From: Eledone cirrhosa
Lineage: Eukaryota
NCBI GenBank assembly: GCA_964016885.1
Contig: OZ024742.1
Span: 342,178,001 to 342,242,000 of the forward strand
DNA: 64,000 bases
Reading direction: 5' to 3'
The notes beneath the pieces were generated by a model that did not search any database, was not told the DNA's origin, and saw only the letters and a list, made by a program, of their open reading frames with translations. The position numbers and the translations under genes are program-made. This document shows, one piece after another, positions 58,971 to 64,000 of the stretch (position 1 is its first letter; each line of letters opens with the position of its first letter).

Positions 58971-61900
58971 ACAGTGGTATGAAGTATGTGATCTCCAGTG
59001 GTATGAAGTATGTGATCTACAGTGGTATGAAGTATGTCATCTACAGTGGTATGAAGTATGTGATCTACAGTGGTATGAAGTATGTGATCTCCAGTGGTAT
59101 GAAGTATGTGATCTCCAGTGGTATGAAGTATGTGATCTGTGGTATGAAGTATGTTATCTACAGTGGTATGAAGTATGTGATCTCCAGTGGTATGAAGTAT
59201 GTGATCTACAGTGGTATGAAGTATGTGATATCCTGTGGTATGAAGTATGTGATCTACAGTGGTATGAAGTATGTGATCTCCTATGGTATGAAGTATGTGA
59301 TCTCCAGTGGTATGAAGTATGTGATCTCCTGTGGTATGAAGAATGTGATCTACAGTGGTATGAAGTATGTGATCTACAGTGCTATGAAGTATGTGATCTA
59401 CAGTGGTATGAAGTATGTCAGCTCCAGTGGTATGAAGTATGTGATCTCCAGTGGTATGAAGTATGTGATCTACAGTGGTATGAAGTATGTGATCTCCAGT
59501 GGTATGAAGTATGTGATCTACAGTGGTATGAAGTATGTGATCTACAGTGGTATGAAGTATGTGATATCCTGTGGTATGAAGTATGTGATATCTTGTGGTA
59601 TGAAGTATGTGATCTCCAGTGGTATGAAGTATGTGATCTCCTGTGATATGGAGTATGTCATCTACAGTGGTATGCAGTATGTGATCTACAGTGGTATGAA
59701 GTATGTGATCTCCGGGGGTATGAAGTATGTGATCTACAGTGGTATGAAGTATGTGATCTCCAGTGGTATGAAGTATGTCAGCTCCAGTGGTATGAAGTAT
59801 GTGATCTACAGTGGTATGAATTATGTGATCTACAGTGGTATGATGTATGTGATATCCAGTGGTATGAAGTATGTGATCTCCATTGGTATGAAGTATGTGA
59901 TCTGCAGTGATATGAAGTATGTGATCTACAGTGGTATGAAGTATGTGATCTTCAGTGGTATGAAGTATGTGATCTCCAATGCTATGAAGTATGTGATCTA
60001 CAGTGGTATGAAGTATGTGATCTCCAGTGGTATGAAGTATGTGATCTCCAGTGGTATGAAGTATGTGATCTCCAGTGGTATGAAGTATGTGATCTCCAGT
60101 GGTATGAAGTATGTGATCTCCAGCGGTATGAAGTATGTGATCTACAGTGGTGTGAAGTATGTGATCTACAGTGGTATGAAGTATGTGATATCCTGTGGTA
60201 TGAAGTATGTGATCTCCGTTGGTATGAAGTATGTGATCTCCAGTGGTACGAAGTATGTGATCTCCAGTGGTATTAAGTATGTGATCTCCAGTGGTATGAA
60301 GTATGTGATCGACAGTGGTATGAAGTATGTGATCTATAGTGGTATGAAGTATGTGACATCCTGTGGTATGAAGTATGTGATCTCCTGTGGTATGAAGTAT
60401 GTGATCTCCAGTGGTATGAAGTATGTGATCTACAGTGATATGAGGTATGTGATCTACAGTGGTATGAAGTATGTGATCTCCTGTGATATGAAGTATGTGA
60501 TCTACAGTGGTATGAAGTATGTGATCTACAGTGGTATGAAGTATGTGATCTCCAGAGGTATGAAGTATGTGATCTACAGTGGTATGAAGTATGTGATCTA
60601 CAGTGGTATGATGTATGTGATCTCCAGTGGTATGAAGTATGTGATCTCCATTGGTATGAAGTATGTGATCTGCAGTGGTATGAAGTATGTGATCTACAGT
60701 GGTATGGAGTATGTGATCTACAGTGGTATGAAGTATGTGATCTACAGTGGTATGAAGTATGTGATCTACAGTGGTATGAAGTATGTGATCTCCAGTGGTA
60801 TGAAGTATGTGATCTCCAGTGGTATGAAGTATGTGATCTACAGTGGTATGAAGTTTGTGATCTCCAGTGGTATGAAGTATGTGATCTACAGTGGCATGAA
60901 GTATGTGATCTCCTGTGGTATGAAGTATGTGATCTACAGTGGTATGAAGTTTGTGATCTCCAGTGGTATGAAGTATGTGATCTACAGTGGTATGAAGTAT
61001 GTGATATCCTGTGGTATGAAGTATGTGATCTACAGTGGTATGAAGTATGTGATCTGCTGTGGTATGAAGTATGTGATCTCCAGTGGTATGAAGTATGTAA
61101 TCTCCTGTGGTATGAAGAATGTGATCTACAGTGGTATGAAATATGTGATCTGCAGTGGTATGAAGTATGTGATCTACAGTGGTATGAAGTATGTCAGCTC
61201 CAGTGGTATGAAGTATGTGATCTCCAGTGGTATGAAGTATGTAATCTCCAGTGGAATGAAGTATGTGATATCCTGTGGTATGAAGTATGTGATCTCCTGT
61301 GGTATGAGGTATGTGATCTACAGTGGTATGAAGTATGTGATATCCTGTGGTATGAAGTATGTGATATCCTGTGGTATGAAGTATGTGATCTCCAGTGGTA
61401 TGAAGTATGTGATCTCCAGTGGTATGAAGTAAGTGATCTCCAGTGGTATGAAGTATGTGATCTCCAGTGGTATGAAGTATGTGATCTTCATTGGTATGAA
61501 GTATGTGATCTACAGTGGTATGAAGTATGTGATCTACAGTGTTATGAAGTATGTGATCTACAGTGGTATTAAGTATGTGATCTACAGTGGTATGAAGTAT
61601 GTGATCTAGAGTGGTATGAAGTATATGATCTACAGTTGTATGAATTATGTGATCTCCAGTGGTATTAAATATGTCAGCTCCAGTGGTATGAAGTATGTGA
61701 TCTACAGTGGTATCAAGTATGTGATCTACAGTGGTATGAAGTATGTGATCTCCAGTGGTATGAAGTATGTGATCTCCAGTGGTATGAAGTATGTGATCTA
61801 CAGTGGTATGAAGTATGTGATCTACAGTGGTATGAAGTATGTCAGCTCCAGTGGTATGATGTATGTGATCTCCAGTGGTATGAAGTATGTGATCAACAGT

Positions 61901-64000
61901 GGTATGAAGTATGTGATCTCCTGTGGTATGAAGTATGTGATCTACAGTGGTATGAAGTATGTGATATCCTGTGGTATGAAGTATGTGATCTACAGTGGTA
62001 TGAAGTATGTGATCTACAGTGATATGAAGTATGTGATCTTCAGTGGTATGAAGTATGTGATATCCTGTGGTATGAAGTATGTGATCTCCATTGGTATGAA
62101 GTATGTGATCTCCAGTGGTATGAAGTATGTGATCTCCAGTGGTATGAAGTATGTGATCTACAGTGGTATGAAGTATGTGATCTACAGTGGTATGAAGTAT
62201 GTGATATCCTGTGGTATGAAGTATGTGATCTCCATTGGTATGAAGTATGTGATCTCCAGTGGTATGAAGTATGTGATCTCCAGTGGTATGAAGTATGTGA
62301 TCTACAGTGGTATGAAGTATGTGATCTACAGTGGTATGAAGTATGTGATCTACAGTGGTATGAAGTATGTGATATCCTGTGGTATGAAGTATATGATCTC
62401 CATTGGTATGAAGTATGTGATCTCCAGTGGTATGAAGTATGTGATCTCCAGTGGTATGAAGTATGTGATCTCCAGTGGTATGAAGTATGTGATCTACAGT
62501 GGTATGAAGTATGTGATCTACAGTGGTATGAAGTATGTGATATCCTGTGGTATGAAGTATGTGATCTACAGTGGTATGAAGTATGTGATCTACAGTGGTA
62601 TGAAGTATGTGATCTCCTGTGGTATGAAGTATGTGATCTCCAGTGGTATGAAATATGTGATCTACAGTGATATGAGGTATGTGATCTACAGTGGTATGAA
62701 GTATGTGATCTCCTGTGATATGAAGTATGTGATCTACAGTGGTATGAAGTATGTGATCTACAGTGGTATGAAGTATGTGATCTCCAGTGGTATGAAGTAT
62801 GTGATCTACAGTGGTATGAAGTATGTGATCTACAGTGGTATGATGTATGTGATCTCCAGTGGTATGAAGTATGTGATCTCCATTGGTATGAAGTATGTGA
62901 TCTCCAGTGGTATGAAGTATGTGATCTACAGTGGTATGAAGTATGTGATCTCCAGTGGTATGAAGTATGTGATCTACAGTGGTATGAAGTATGTGATCTA
63001 CAGTGGTATGAAGTATGTGATATCCTGTGGTATGAAGTATGTGATCTCCTGTGGTATGAAGAATGTGATCTACATTGATATGAAGTATGTGATCTCCAGT
63101 GCTATGAAGTATGTGATCTACAGTGGTATGAAGTATGTCAGCTCCAGTGGTATGAAGTATGTGATCTCCAGTGGTATGAAGTATGTGATCTACAGTGGTA
63201 TGAAGTATGTGATCTCCAGTGGTATGAAGTATGTGATCTACAGTGGTATGAAGTATGTGATTTACAGTGGTATGCAGTATGTGATCTACAGTGGTATGAA
63301 GTATGTGATCTCCGGGTGTATGAAGTATGTGATCTACAGTGGTATGAAGTATGTGATCTCCAGTGGTATGAAGTATGTCAGCTCCAGTGGTATGAAGTAT
63401 GTGATCTACAGTGGTATGAAGTATGTGATCTACAGTGGTATGATGTATGTGATATCCAGTGGTATGAAGTATGTGATCTCCATTGGTATGAAGTATGTGA
63501 TCTGCAGTGATATGAAGTATGTGATCTACAGTGGTATGAAGTATGTGATCTTCAGTGGTATGAAGTATGTGATCTCCAGTGCTATGAAGTATGTGATCTA
63601 CAGTGGTATGAAGTATGTGATCTCCAGTGGTATGAAGTATGTGATCTCCAGTGGTATGAAGTATGTGATCTCCAGTGGTATGAAGTATGTGATCTCCAGT
63701 GGTGTGAAGTATGTGATCTCCAGTGGTATGAAGTATGTGATCTACAGTGGTGTGAAGTATGTGATCTACAGTGGTATGAAGTATGTGATATCCTGTGGTA
63801 TGAAGTATGTGATCTCCGTTGGTATGAAGTATGTGATCTCCAGTGGTATGAAGTATGTGATCTCCAGTGGTATGAAGTATGTGATCTCCAGTGGTATGAA
63901 GTATGTGATCGACAGTGGTATGAAGTATGTGATCTATAGTGGTATGAAGTATGTGACATCCTGTGGTATGAAGTATATGATCTCCATTGGTATGAAGTAT

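Larger units (their letters stand above)
1..64000 (+). repeat. 24-bp satellite/minisatellite-type tandem array, consensus ATGAAGTATGTGATCT(C/A)CAGTGGT, about 2,667 monomers, running off both window ends
   Basis: The monomer is read directly throughout. The C form has A6 T8 G7 C3 (42% GC) and the A form 37.5% GC. From ATG at 22 to ATG at 63992 is 63970 bp = 2666x24 - 14, matching the summed indels. No inversion or non-repeat insert was seen. Confidence 0.99.

Noticed and set aside
33882-59646. (WYEVCDLQ)n and (SHTSYH[W/C]R)n ORFs with Cys/His periodicity suggestive of zinc fingers
   Set aside because: The spacing does not fit C2H2 or other zinc-finger patterns. These ORFs overlap others in several frames and are interrupted by recurrent stops. 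Only the weak synonymous-bias point is kept as a finding.
22-61432. Long + strand ORFs of (MKYVI[S/Y]SG)n, up to 1478 aa
   Set aside because: The monomer is 8 codons and stop-free. The ORFs have no unique N- or C-terminus, they start and end at copied stops or frameshifts, and the main polymorphism is non-synonymous in this frame.
1-64000. CRISPR array (24 bp is within the repeat size range)
   Set aside because: The monomers abut with no unique spacers, and there is no leader or cas gene.
1-64000. Rolling-circle or sequencing concatemer artefact, or synthetic data-encoding DNA
   Set aside because: Rare variants are inherited in collinear, nested multi-kb blocks with few indels. That fits evolutionary duplication rather than random error or design. 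Local misassembly remains possible.
1-64000. G-quadruplex or stable hairpin potential (CCA-G-TGG, TAC-AGTG-GTA)
   Set aside because: There is only one GG per monomer and the stems are only 3 bp, too weak to support a claim. CCGGGGG variants are isolated.
1-64000. Iteron, Dam/SeqA cluster or other bacterial origin-like repeats
   Set aside because: Thousands of copies with no rep gene, AT-rich unwinding element or DnaA boxes. The scale is incompatible with known origins.

Overview
The whole window is one head-to-tail tandem array of a 24-bp monomer, consensus ATGAAGTATGTGATCT(C/A)CAGTGGT, on a single strand orientation with no unique sequence and no array edge. Phase bookkeeping is exact: the first ATG is at 22, the last at 63992, and the 29 indels I found sum to -14 bp, giving 2,666 units plus partial ends. 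I see no genuine gene, RNA gene, transposon or CRISPR. Every ORF in the track is a by-product of a monomer that is divisible by 3 and stop-free in 4-5 of 6 frames (MKYVISSG, EVCDLQWY, TTGDHILH, HWRSHTSY, PLEITYFI). The information lies in the variant pattern. Rare monomer variants reveal nested block duplications (offsets 240, 336, 1440, 1729, 1920, 2662, 5182/5183, ~5000-5550, 7221 and 8325 bp), a switch of marker sets near 34 kb, a traceable origin for one indel marker, and one crossover that maps inside a single monomer. The best reading is a young, actively homogenising, probably eukaryotic satellite. Its family, organism and function cannot be determined from this window, and I found no support for a novel gene system.
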